Assembly (NCBI GenBank): GCA_963667465.2
Contig: CAXXDN010000002.1
Coordinates: forward strand, 96,001-160,000
DNA length: 64,000 nucleotides
DNA from: Dehalococcoidia bacterium
Lineage (GTDB): Bacteria > Chloroflexota > Dehalococcoidia > UBA2979
Reading direction: 5' to 3'
The notes under the pieces are model-generated. The model had not been told where the DNA came from. It made no database searches and saw only the letters and a list, made by a program, of their open reading frames with translations. Of the stretch, positions 10,001 through 19,102 are shown piece after piece. Position numbers and translations under genes: made by a program. How positions within the stretch are numbered: position 1 is the stretch's first letter; every line of letters starts with the position of its first letter.

Positions 10001-11251
10001 CTAACGCAGGTCGAACGCGCGCGACTCGATCGCGACGATCTTGCCGTTGCGGTACTCCCAAATCTCGACGAACCCGGTGACGAGGTCGCCCGTGGCGTTC
10101 CAGTCGAGCGGCGAGGCCGCGCCGTCGTAGTCGATCTCCTCGCCGTTGCGCACGGCCTCAAGGGCCGCCGCGACGCCCTCGGGACCGGCGATCACGATGC
10201 GGCCGGGCGGCTGTACGACGTTGCGCAGCTGGTCGCGGATCGCGGCGCTGTCGGTGGAGCCGGCGGCCTCGGCGGCGAGCGCGATGGCGATCACGGCGTC
10301 GTAGCCCTCGCGCACGTAGGCGCGCGCCGGCTCCTCGCCGAACTGCACGACGTACGCGCGGTTCCACGCCGCCGTCGAGGGCTCGTCGGGTCCGCTGCCG
10401 GGCGCCGTGCCCTTCGAGCCGTCGAGGTGGGCGGGGCCGATCTTGGCGGCAAGGTCCTCGCTGCGGGTCGCGTCGGCGAAGACGAACTTCGTGAAGATGT
10501 CGTTCTCGATCGACTCGCGCAGGAAGACCTCTGCCTCGCCGGGGAAGGCGAGCACCACCAGCAGATCGGCGCCGCCGCTCGCCGCCTTCTGCAGCTCGGC
10601 CACGTAGGAAGGCTGGCCGAGCGCCGAGTAGGAGGCGGCCGCGGCCGTGCCGCCGAAGTGCTGCGTGAAGACCTCGGCCAGGCCCTGCCCGTAGGCGTCG
10701 TCGCGGTAGAGCAGGCCGACGTTGTCGAGCCCCTCTTCGCGTGCGAGCGTGGCGAGCACGACGCCCTTTGCCACGTCCGAGGGCGCGCTGCGGAACAGGA
10801 AGTCGTTGTCGTTCGAGGTGGAGAGCGCCGGCGAGGAGGCGGAGGGTGTGATCATGACGACGCCCGAGGGCCCGATCACGCTCTCCGTGACGGCGAGCGT
10901 GACCGTGCTGGAGATCGCGCCGACGATTGCCTGCACGCCCTCGACGTCCACGAGGCGGCGCGCCTCCTCGACGCCCTGCGTGGGGTTCACCCTGGTGTCG
11001 CCGGCGTAGAGCAGGACGTTCTGCCCGTTGACGCCGCCGGCCTCGTTGAGGTGCTGGACCGCGAGCTCCACGCCGACGCTGACCACGTCCCCGAGCTCCG
11101 CGAGCGAGCCGGAGCGATCGGCGAGGTAGCCGATTCGCAGTGGCGCGCTCGCCTCCTCGCCGTCGCCGTCGCCGTCGCCGTCGCAAGCGGCGGCGATCAT
11201 GGCGCCGGAGGAGAGCAGCAGGAGAAGCAGTACGGTGAACAGCTTGCGCAT
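10001..11251 (-). CDS. Branched-chain amino acid-type ABC substrate-binding lipoprotein
   Basis: Lipobox IAAAC, NEAGGVNG, AIVGAISS, SSPALS, FLFR; paralog of 17727-18968. Confidence 0.9.
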   Translation of the reverse strand: MRKLFTVLLLLLLSSGAMIAAACDGDGDGDGEEASAPLRIGYLADRSGSLAELGDVVSVGVELAVQHLNEAGGVNGQNVLLYAGDTRVNPTQGVEEARRLVDVEGVQAIVGAISSTVTLAVTESVIGPSGVVMITPSASSPALSTSNDNDFLFRSAPSDVAKGVVLATLAREEGLDNVGLLYRDDAYGQGLAEVFTQHFGGTAAAASYSALGQPSYVAELQKAASGGADLLVVLAFPGEAEVFLRESIENDIFTKFVFADATRSEDLAAKIGPAHLDGSKGTAPGSGPDEPSTAAWNRAYVVQFGEEPARAYVREGYDAVIAIALAAEAAGSTDSAAIRDQLRNVVQPPGRIVIAGPEGVAAALEAVRNGEEIDYDGAASPLDWNATGDLVTGFVEIWEYRNGKIVAIESRAFDLR

Positions 11252-11284
11252 GAGCACAGCCTAGGGCGTTCACGCGACCCCGTC

Positions 11285-11497
11285 TCATACGTGCTCGCTG
11301 ACGGTCAAGCCGTGCAACTCGAGGGGTCCGATGCGTCTCGAAACGCTGTGGGACTCTACTGCGCTGGGTCCGCTCGGTCCGCTCGGAGTAGAGGGGAGGC
11401 CTCCTACCTCAAGCCCGTCGACTGGCGACGGGGTTGGGGGGTACGAGGGCTCCGGGGAGGGCCTTGTCCACTGGTCGGAGCTGTTGGTGGTTGCCAC
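11285..11497 (-). CDS. Putative 70-aa Pro/Ser/Gly-rich small protein
   Basis: AAGGAG 6 nt upstream of GTG at 11497; lower-GC upstream region; no recognisable family. Confidence 0.45.
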   Translation of the reverse strand: MATTNSSDQWTRPSPEPSYPPTPSPVDGLEVGGLPSTPSGPSGPSAVESHSVSRRIGPLELHGLTVSEHV

Positions 11498-11588
11498 CTG
11501 CAACTCCTTGATTCGCTTCCTGAGTGATACTGGGACTATTGAGCGGCTTTTGCTCTGTAGTTGTAATTCACTCGAACGTTACGATTCC

Positions 11589-11606
11589 GAGGGGGTGACT
11601 CCCCTC
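11589..11606. terminator. Hairpin downstream of clpS, possible terminator
   Basis: GAGGGG-gtgact-CCCCTC. Confidence 0.3.
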
Positions 11607-11639
11607 GCTGCGCGTGTGGCCAGGGCTGCGAGCTGCGGC

Positions 11640-11951
11640 TCAGATCCGCTCGATCGTCGCGGTCAGGCCGTGGGATTCGAGGCGGTCGCGGTACAGCTCG
11701 GCGCGTTCGAGCGGGCACGCGATCACCTGCGCGCGGCCCTGCAGGTGCGCCTCCAGCATGATCGCCGTTGCATCCCTGACGCTCAGTTCCGGCACCGAGG
11801 CGAGCAGCGCACGCACGACGTGCCCCATCTCGTTGACGTCGTCGTTGTGCAGGATCAGGCGATAGGGCGGCAGCGTTTCGTCAAGCGTGCGCTCGCGCTG
11901 TGCGGGCTCACGCACGGGGGCGGACGGCGTTGGCGCGGGCGGCGAGGTCAT
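11640..11951 (-). CDS. clpS: ATP-dependent Clp protease adaptor ClpS
   Basis: PPYRLILHNDDVN, IMLEAHLQG, ERAELY, GLTATIE. Confidence 0.9.
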   Translation of the reverse strand: MTSPPAPTPSAPVREPAQRERTLDETLPPYRLILHNDDVNEMGHVVRALLASVPELSVRDATAIMLEAHLQGRAQVIACPLERAELYRDRLESHGLTATIERI

Positions 11952-12087
11952 GGCGAGGTTCTCCCGCGAGCGGTGGTCCGTGGCCGACCGATGGTACGGC
12001 GCTGCTGCGGCCTCGGGATCGGCGCGACCGCGGCGCGGGTGGCGCAGCGCTGGATCGCACGGGCGCAGGTCGCAATGATCGGCGGCG

Positions 12088-13023
12088 ATGCTGGACGTGG
12101 TGCTGGTTGTCGCCGGACTGGCCGCGCTGATTGGCGGCGCCTGGATCCTGGTGCATGAAGCCGAGCGGCTGGCAGTGCGGCTCGGTCTGCGTCCGATGTT
12201 GGTCGGCCTGACGGTAGTGGCCCTCGGCACGTCGGCGCCGGAGATGATCGTCGGCGCTTCTGCCTCCGCCCGAGGCGCGGGCGAGCTGGCGGTCGGCGGC
12301 GTGCTCGGCTCGAACGTGGCGAACGTCGCGCTCGTGCTCGGCCTGGGGATCGTCATGCGCCCGCTCGCGGTGAGCTCGAGGCTGCTTCGCTGGGAGCTCC
12401 CCGCGCTCGGCACGGCGACGGTGCTCGTGCTGCTGTTCGGGGCGAGCGGCACGATCGGACGCATCGAGGGCGCCGTGCTGCTTGCCTTGCTCGTGGTCTT
12501 CCTCGTTGTCTCGGCGCAGCTCGGGGCGGAGTCCGGCCAGTCGCGGTCGGCGGAGGTCGAAGTCCTCCAACCGGCCGTATCGATACTGCGCGGCGCCGTG
12601 CAACTGCTCGTTGGCGTTGCCGCGTTGGCTGCGGGCTCGGAGTTGCTGGTGCGCGGTGCGACCGGTCTGGCCGAGCGCCTCGACATCAGCCAGGTCGTGA
12701 TCGGCGCGGTAATCATCGCCGTTGGGACCAGCTTGCCCGAGCTCGCGACAACGGCCGTGGCGGCGTTGGGGCGCCGGAACGCGATCGCGGTGGGCAACGT
12801 GATCGGCTCGAACGTCTTCAACCTCCTGGGAGCGCTCGGCCTCGCGGCGCTGGTCGCCCCGCTGCCGATCGATGGCCGCCTCTACGAGCTGGAGTTGCCG
12901 GCGATGGCGCTGAGCACGGTGCTACTGGTCCCGCTGGCCTGGCGTGAGGAGAACGGACGCGCCTTGGGAGTCGTGCTGCTCGTGCTCTATGCGCTCTTCG
13001 TGGCGGGCCTGATGAGCCACTGA
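12088..13023 (+). CDS. Calcium/sodium antiporter (YrbG/CaCA family)
   Basis: Twin alpha repeats GTSAPE..GSNVAN and GTSLPE..GNVIGSNVFN. Confidence 0.92.
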   Translation: MLDVVLVVAGLAALIGGAWILVHEAERLAVRLGLRPMLVGLTVVALGTSAPEMIVGASASARGAGELAVGGVLGSNVANVALVLGLGIVMRPLAVSSRLLRWELPALGTATVLVLLFGASGTIGRIEGAVLLALLVVFLVVSAQLGAESGQSRSAEVEVLQPAVSILRGAVQLLVGVAALAAGSELLVRGATGLAERLDISQVVIGAVIIAVGTSLPELATTAVAALGRRNAIAVGNVIGSNVFNLLGALGLAALVAPLPIDGRLYELELPAMALSTVLLVPLAWREENGRALGVVLLVLYALFVAGLMSH

Positions 13024-13037
13024 CGCCAGGCTGGCGC

Positions 13038-13095
13038 GCTCTCAGTAGCGCCAGGTGCTCTCAGTAGCTCCAGGTGCTCTCAGTAGCTCCAGGTG
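13038..13095. repeat. 3 x 19-bp tandem repeat containing the stop codon of the PPOX gene
   Basis: GCTCTCAGTAGC(G/T)CCAGGT at 13038, 13057, 13076. Confidence 0.92.
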
Positions 13096-13502
13096 ATCGT
13101 GCGGCGGGGGCGCAGCCGCAGGATCACCTCGCCCTCGCGCGGTGCGTCCGGCAGCTCGTCCTCGGACACGCCGCGCTGACGCCGGCCCGCGCGCTCGATG
13201 GCGAGCCGCTCGTCATAGTCGCGCACGATCTCGAGGTCGCCCTGCACAAGCACGCCGCTCCAATCGCCGGACGCCTTCGAGCCCGCGACCAGCAGCGAGC
13301 CGAGCGGGTTCGCCGCGGCGTTGCGCACCTTGCGCGTGCGCGCAGGGGTGCCGACGTAGAGCACGGCGCCGATGCGGTAGTAGCCGAGGGCAACGCTGTG
13401 CGGGTAACCGTCCGCGTCGAGCGTGGTGAGCACGGCCCACTCGCTGCGGCGGTCCAGGTACTCGGCGATCCCCGGCTCGTCGATCGTTCGCTCGCTACTC
13501 AT
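13080..13502 (-). CDS. Pyridoxamine 5'-phosphate oxidase family (PPOX/F420-type) protein
   Basis: LTTLDADGYPH, RKVRN..NP, GVLVQG, LRPRRTITW. Confidence 0.85.
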   Translation of the reverse strand: MSSERTIDEPGIAEYLDRRSEWAVLTTLDADGYPHSVALGYYRIGAVLYVGTPARTRKVRNAAANPLGSLLVAGSKASGDWSGVLVQGDLEIVRDYDERLAIERAGRRQRGVSEDELPDAPREGEVILRLRPRRTITWSY

Positions 13503-13564
13503 GGTCGCGGTCCGTCGGTTGCGCGCGGGTGGACGCGCAATCTGCCACGTCGCGCGCGGCGCGG

Positions 13565-14010
13565 CTACTCGGGCGGCCCGCCCACCCGTTGACCTCGTCG
13601 ATGACGGCGAAGAGGTCGCCCGTGCGGTAGAAGTTCACCGCCACCCGGTTCGGCGTCAGACCGCGCTCCGAGACGCACTCGCGCAGCCGCGTAAGCAGCA
13701 CGTCCCGCGCGTTGAGCAGCTCCGCGTCCTCCGGCTTCGGCGCGATGTCCTCGATCCAGTGGGTGACCAGGAACCACGGCGCGCCCGACGCGCCACGGTT
13801 GGGCTCGCAGCTGCGGTCGTCGGCGGAGTGGAAGGCGAACGGCGTATCCTGCGTCAGCTCGAAGCCGCGATGTAGCCACGGGACGGGCGCGCGACAGGCG
13901 TTCTCCGTCATCACGATCAGCCGCTCGTTGCGCCTGACCAGCTCGCCCAGCGTCGGCCACGGCGTAGCGCGGCCGGGATGCGCGCAGGCCGATCGAGGCC
14001 AGCGTCACAT
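13565..14010 (-). pseudogene. N-terminally truncated PLC-like phosphodiesterase fragment
   Basis: PWPTLGELVRRNERLIVM..QDTPF..SCEPNRG..FLVTHW..RECVSERGLTPNRVAVNFY; in-frame TGA upstream with no N-terminal half. Confidence 0.6.
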
Positions 14011-14112
14011 CGACGGGAGCATTCCCGGCAGCGCCGGCCGGCTCGGGCGCCGCGCGGCTTCGTATACGCGCTCGCCCGGCAGCGGGTAGCATCGCCCTCG
14101 AGGACGGCGCCC

Positions 14113-14883
14113 GTGGACGTGCTGCTCGAGGTCTCCGGTCTGGTCAAACGCTTCGGTGGCCACGTCGCCGTCGCTGGCGCGGGGTTCGAGGTCGAGCGCG
14201 GTTCGATCACCGGGCTGATTGGCCCGAACGGCGCGGGTAAGACCACCTGCTTCAACTGCATCGCGGGCGCGCTCCGGCCGGACGGCGGCCGGGTGCGCTT
14301 CGCCGGCGAGGACATCACCGGCCTTCCCTCGTATCGCGTGTTCCGCCGCGGCCTGACCCGCACGTTCCAGATCCCGCAGGAGCTGGGCGCGCTCACCGTC
14401 CTCGAGAACCTCATGCTGGTGCCGGAGGGGCAGGCGGGCGAGCGTATCCAGGAGAGCTGGCTGCGGCCCTGGCGCGTCGCCGCGCAGGAGCGCGCGATCG
14501 CCGAGCGTGCACACGAGGTGCTGGCCGAGGTGGACCTCGGTCACGAGGTGCAGAGCCGCGCCGGGAACCTCTCCGGCGGCCAGCGCAAGCTGCTGGAGCT
14601 GGGGCGCGCGCTGATGTCGAGCCCCAGCCTGATCCTGCTCGACGAGCCGAGCGCGGGCGTGAACCCCTCGCTCTCGCTGCGCCTGATCGAACGCATCCGC
14701 GCGCTGCGCGATCGCTTCGGGATCACCTTCCTCGTGATCGCCCACGACATGGACCTGATGCTCCGCCTCTGCGAGCGGCTGATCGCGATGGCCGACGGCA
14801 GGGTGCTCGTCGCCGGCGAGCCGCAAGCCGTGCTGGAGAACGCCGCGGTGCAGTCCGCCTACCTCGGAGCACAGGCGCTGTGA
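14113..14883 (+). CDS. ABC transporter ATP-binding protein (LivG-like)
   Basis: GPNGAGKTT, LSGGQRK, LLDEPSAG. Confidence 0.92.
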   Translation: MDVLLEVSGLVKRFGGHVAVAGAGFEVERGSITGLIGPNGAGKTTCFNCIAGALRPDGGRVRFAGEDITGLPSYRVFRRGLTRTFQIPQELGALTVLENLMLVPEGQAGERIQESWLRPWRVAAQERAIAERAHEVLAEVDLGHEVQSRAGNLSGGQRKLLELGRALMSSPSLILLDEPSAGVNPSLSLRLIERIRALRDRFGITFLVIAHDMDLMLRLCERLIAMADGRVLVAGEPQAVLENAAVQSAYLGAQAL

Positions 14884-15614
14884 GCGCGCTGCTCGAGGTC
14901 GACGCCGTCCGCGCCGGCTACGGCAGCGTGATGATCGTGCACGACGTCTCGCTGCGCATCGAGCGCGGCGAACTGGTCACGATCATCGGACCGAACGGGG
15001 CGGGCAAGTCCACGCTGCTCAAGGCGATCTTCGGGCTGCTGCCGGTCAGTGAGGGGCAGGTGCGCCTCGCGGGTAGCGAGGTCACGGACGAGCTGCCCTC
15101 GCGCATGGTCGGGCTCGGCGTCTCGTTCGTGCCGCAGACGGAGAACGTCTTCCCGTCGCTGACGATCCGCGAGAACCTCGCGATGGGCGGCTACCAGCGC
15201 AGCGGCGACGTCGCCGATCGCATCACCGAGGTGCTCCGGCTCTTCCCGGAGCTGGCGGAGCGCCCGGGCGCGCGCGCCTCGCACCTCTCGGGCGGGCAGC
15301 GCCAGGCGCTCGCGATTGCGCGGGCACTGATGCTCGACCCGAAGGTGCTGCTGCTCGACGAGCCGACGGCCGCGCTGTCGCCCGTGCGGCGCGGCGAGAT
15401 CTTCGATCGCCTGCAGGGGGTGCGCGAGGGCGGCGTGGCGCTGCTGATGGTCGAGCAGAACGCCCGCGAGGCGCTGGCGATCTCGGACCGTGCCTATCTG
15501 CTCGTCGACGGCCGCAACGCGCACGAGCAGCGCGGCCCCGAGATGCTCGCGAATCCGGAAGTTGGCCGCATGTTCCTCGGCCTCGACAGCGCCGACAGCG
15601 AGGACGGCGCATGA
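14880..15614 (+). CDS. ABC transporter ATP-binding protein (LivF-like)
   Basis: GPNGAGKST, LSGGQRQ, LLDEPT, VEQNA. Confidence 0.92.
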   Translation: MSALLEVDAVRAGYGSVMIVHDVSLRIERGELVTIIGPNGAGKSTLLKAIFGLLPVSEGQVRLAGSEVTDELPSRMVGLGVSFVPQTENVFPSLTIRENLAMGGYQRSGDVADRITEVLRLFPELAERPGARASHLSGGQRQALAIARALMLDPKVLLLDEPTAALSPVRRGEIFDRLQGVREGGVALLMVEQNAREALAISDRAYLLVDGRNAHEQRGPEMLANPEVGRMFLGLDSADSEDGA

Positions 15615-16531
15615 CGGAGATCGCGCAGCTCGTCCTTGTTGGCCTCGTCGTCGGCTCGATCATCGGGCTCGGCGCGATGGGGCTGACGCTCGTCTACGGG
15701 GTCTTCAAGTTCGCGAACTTCGCGCACGCGGACCTGATGACTCTGGGGATGTACCTGGCGTTCTTCGTGTACGTGGACATCGGCCTCGCCGGGGGGCACA
15801 TCGGGCCGTTCTCGTTTGGCTGGGGGATGATCGCGGCGGTGCTGTTCGCCTGGGCGGGGGTCGCGGCCGTCTCCGTGGGCGCGGACCGGTTCGTCTTCCG
15901 GCGGCTGCGTGCGCGCCAGACCGGCCTGCTCAACCTCGAGATCGCCGCGCTCGGCATCGCGATCGCGCTGCAGGCTATCGTGCAGGCGATCTGGGGCTCC
16001 GCGCCGCTGCGCTACCACAACGAGATCCACCAGGCGTGGACCTTCGCCGGCGGCCTGAAGCTCAAGCCCGACCAGTTGCTGTTCATCGTGCTCATGCCGC
16101 TGCTCGCCGTGGCGCTCTACCTGCTGCTGCACCGCACCCGCCTCGGCACGGCGATGCGCGCGACAGCGGACAACGCGCCGCTGGCGGAGGCAAGCGGCAT
16201 CGACACGGAACGGGTGCGAATGGCGACCTGGGTGATCGCCGCGGCGCTGACTGCCGTGGCCGGCGTCATGTTCGCCCTGCAATCGCAGCTGCGCTTCGAC
16301 GCCGGGTTCGAGTTCCTGCTGCTGCCGATGTTCGCGGCCGTCATCCTCGGTGGCATCGGGAACCCCTGGGGCGCGCTCGTGGGTGGGTTGATCGTCGGCG
16401 TCTCGCAGGAGCTCTCGACGGAGTGGATCAACACCGGGTTCAAGCCCGCTGTGCCGTTCGTGCTGCTGATCGCGATGCTGATCGTGCGGCCGCGAGGGCT
16501 CTTCGGCTCGTCGATCGGAGGGACGGGCTGA
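15611..16531 (+). CDS. Branched-chain amino acid ABC permease (LivH-like)
   Basis: GLTLVYGVFKFANFAH, RTRLGTAMRA, ILGGIGNP. Confidence 0.92.
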   Translation: MTEIAQLVLVGLVVGSIIGLGAMGLTLVYGVFKFANFAHADLMTLGMYLAFFVYVDIGLAGGHIGPFSFGWGMIAAVLFAWAGVAAVSVGADRFVFRRLRARQTGLLNLEIAALGIAIALQAIVQAIWGSAPLRYHNEIHQAWTFAGGLKLKPDQLLFIVLMPLLAVALYLLLHRTRLGTAMRATADNAPLAEASGIDTERVRMATWVIAAALTAVAGVMFALQSQLRFDAGFEFLLLPMFAAVILGGIGNPWGALVGGLIVGVSQELSTEWINTGFKPAVPFVLLIAMLIVRPRGLFGSSIGGTG

Positions 16532-17640
16532 TGCTGTCGCTCGAGGTGTTGACGCCGTTCGCGGGGGAGCTGCCGCTGCTGGTTACCTTCGGCGGAGGCG
16601 TGAACTGGACGGTCGGTTTCCTCACGACGGCGGCGATCTTCGCGATCGTCGCGCTCGCTCTGAACGTGCAGTGGGGCTACGCGGGAACGACCAACTTCGG
16701 CGTCGTCGCCTTCTTCGGCATCGGCGCCTATGTCAGCGCGCTGCTCACGCTCGACCCGCCTGGCCAGTTCGAGAACTACGTTGGCGGCCTGGAGCTGCCC
16801 GTCCCCGTCGGCTGGATCGGCGGGATGATCGCCGGAGGCGTGCTGGCGCTGCTGGTCGGCCTCCCGACGCTGCGGTTGCGCGACGACTTCCTCGCGATCG
16901 CCACCATCGGCATCGCGACCATCCTGCGCAGCATCGCCAACACGCAGGAAGGCCTCGTCAACCGCGCGCGCGGCCTCAACGGCATCCCCCGCCCCCTCGA
17001 GGGCGCGTCGAGGGAGCTGAGCATCGACTACGACCTCGTGCTGCTCGTGATGACCGGGCTGGTGCTGCTGGCGGTCTTCCTCGTCGTGCGCGGCGCGACC
17101 GCCTCGCCGTGGGGCCGCGTCCTGCGTGCGATCCGGGAGAACGAGGCCACCGCGCAGTCGGTCGGCAAGATGACCACCAGCTACCGCATCCAGAGCTTCG
17201 TGCTCGGCGGCGCGCTGATGGGCCTCGCGGGCGCGATCTGGGCGCACCGCATCGGCACGATCGCACCCGACTCGTTCGACAACCTGACGACGTTCCTCGT
17301 CTGGACGATGGTGATGGTGGGCGGCAGCGGCAACAACCGCGGCGTCATGCTCGGTGCGTTGGTGGTCGGCTTCGTCTGGTTTGGGCTGCCGCTCATCCAG
17401 GAGGAGCTGCCCGACGCTCTGGGGAGTCGCGTCTTCATGCTGCGGCGGATCGCGATCGGGCTGCTGATCGTCGGCTTCATCCTCGCGCGCCCGCAGGGGC
17501 TGATCGCCGAGGAGCCGCGCGTAAGCCGCTTCGCGCCGCGCGGCGAGGGCGGAGGCGGGGGCGGGGGAGACAGCGGCCGGTCATGGCTCGGCGCGCTGCG
17601 GACGCGCTTCCGCGGGCAGCCCGGCGGGGGTGCGGGGTAG
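16531..17640 (+). CDS. Branched-chain amino acid ABC permease (LivM-like)
   Basis: LNVQWGYAG, LRLRDDFLAI, SPWGRVLRAIRENE; ATG overlaps upstream TGA. Confidence 0.9.
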   Translation: MLSLEVLTPFAGELPLLVTFGGGVNWTVGFLTTAAIFAIVALALNVQWGYAGTTNFGVVAFFGIGAYVSALLTLDPPGQFENYVGGLELPVPVGWIGGMIAGGVLALLVGLPTLRLRDDFLAIATIGIATILRSIANTQEGLVNRARGLNGIPRPLEGASRELSIDYDLVLLVMTGLVLLAVFLVVRGATASPWGRVLRAIRENEATAQSVGKMTTSYRIQSFVLGGALMGLAGAIWAHRIGTIAPDSFDNLTTFLVWTMVMVGGSGNNRGVMLGALVVGFVWFGLPLIQEELPDALGSRVFMLRRIAIGLLIVGFILARPQGLIAEEPRVSRFAPRGEGGGGGGGDSGRSWLGALRTRFRGQPGGGAG

Positions 17641-17674
17641 CGCCGCCGCGGCGGCCGCGGCGGTCGCGGACGTG

Positions 17675-17702
17675 AAGCGGGCGGCCCAACGGCCGCCCGC
17701 TT
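17675..17702. terminator. Bidirectional hairpin between convergent genes
   Basis: Perfect 12-bp stem AAGCGGGCGGCC-caac-GGCCGCCCGCTT. Confidence 0.75.
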
Positions 17703-17726
17703 GCTGCTGCTTCCGGCTACTCCGGC

Positions 17727-18968
17727 CTACTCGAGGCTGAACGGCTGGATCTCGATCGTGACGAGTGCGCCATCGCGGTAGCCGTAGATCTCCATGAAGC
17801 CGGAGGTCACGTCTCCCGCGGCGTTCCAGTCGATCGGCGTCGCGGCGCCCTCGTAGTTGATGTCGTCGCCGTCCCGCACGGCTTCGAGCGCGGCCTGCAC
17901 GCCCGCCGCGTCGGCGACATACGCATCACCCGGAGCTCCGGCGACGCGCACCAGCTCGTCGCGGATCGCCTCGCCGTCGGTCGAGCCCGCCGCCTCGGCG
18001 GCAAGGGCGATCGCGATCACGGCGTCATAGGCCTCGCGCACGAACGGCAGCGAGGGCTCCGCCCCGTACTCGGCGACGTAGGCAGCGGTCCAGGCCTTGG
18101 TCGAGGCGTTGTCCGGGTTGCTGCTCGGCGCCGTGCCGACGACGCCCTCGAGGGCGTCCGCACCGAGTTGCTCGATCAGGTCCTCGCTCTTGTTGCCATC
18201 GGTGAAGATGAAGCGCGTAAAGATGTCGTTCTCGATCGACTCGCGGAGGAAGACCTCGGTCTCCGCGAAGCCCATCGCCACCAGCACCTCGGCGCCACCG
18301 CCGGCGGCCTGCTGCAGCTCTGCCAGGTAGCTTGGCTGCCCGTCGGCCGAGTACGAGGCGAGGGTCGTCGTGCCGCCGAAGTTCGCGCTGAAGACCTCGG
18401 AGAGGCCCTGGCCCCAGGCGTCGTCGCGGAAGATCACGCCGACGTTCGTGTGGCCTTCGCTCTCCACCAGCTTGGCGAGCACCACGCCCTGCACCGCGTC
18501 CGACCCGGTGGTGCGGAAGAGGTAGCCGTCATCGTCGGCGTCCGTGAGCGCGGGCGAGGTCGCCGAGGGCGAGATCTGCGGGATGCCGCCCGGTCCGGTG
18601 ACGCTGTCCGCCACCGCGAGCGTCGCCGTACTGGCGAGCGGCCCGACGATCGCGTGTACGCCCTCGACGTCGACGAGGCGGCGAGCCTCCTCGACGGACT
18701 GGGTCGGGTCGACACGTGTGTCGCCGGTCACATAGACGACGTCCTGGCCGTTGACGCCGCCGCCCTCGTTGATGTGCTTGATCGCCAGCTGCACGCCGGT
18801 CTCGATGTCCGCGCCGTACTCGGCGAGCGGACCGGAGAAGTCGGCCAGATAGCCGATCTTCAGTTGCTCGCCCTCGTCCTCGCACGCGGCGGCGCCCAGC
18901 GTTAGTAGAGCGATCAGTGCAATCAGTAGCGAGAATCGCCCCGGCGCGCTGGTCCAGAATCGTCTCAT
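17727..18968 (-). CDS. Branched-chain amino acid-type ABC substrate-binding lipoprotein
   Basis: Lipobox GAAAC, INEGGGVNG, SATSPALT, YLFRT; GAGGGG RBS. Confidence 0.92.
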   Translation of the reverse strand: MRRFWTSAPGRFSLLIALIALLTLGAAACEDEGEQLKIGYLADFSGPLAEYGADIETGVQLAIKHINEGGGVNGQDVVYVTGDTRVDPTQSVEEARRLVDVEGVHAIVGPLASTATLAVADSVTGPGGIPQISPSATSPALTDADDDGYLFRTTGSDAVQGVVLAKLVESEGHTNVGVIFRDDAWGQGLSEVFSANFGGTTTLASYSADGQPSYLAELQQAAGGGAEVLVAMGFAETEVFLRESIENDIFTRFIFTDGNKSEDLIEQLGADALEGVVGTAPSSNPDNASTKAWTAAYVAEYGAEPSLPFVREAYDAVIAIALAAEAAGSTDGEAIRDELVRVAGAPGDAYVADAAGVQAALEAVRDGDDINYEGAATPIDWNAAGDVTSGFMEIYGYRDGALVTIEIQPFSLE

Positions 18969-19102
18969 GGCATCCCCCTCATATTGCCTGCCGATGGCTG
19001 TATCGGGCGACATTATCGCAAACCCCCGGGACTTGGCACCAAGGCGCAGGTCCCGTGAGGCCCGAAACGGCACGTCCTTGGCAGCAGCCCGCTCCCTCAT
19101 CG

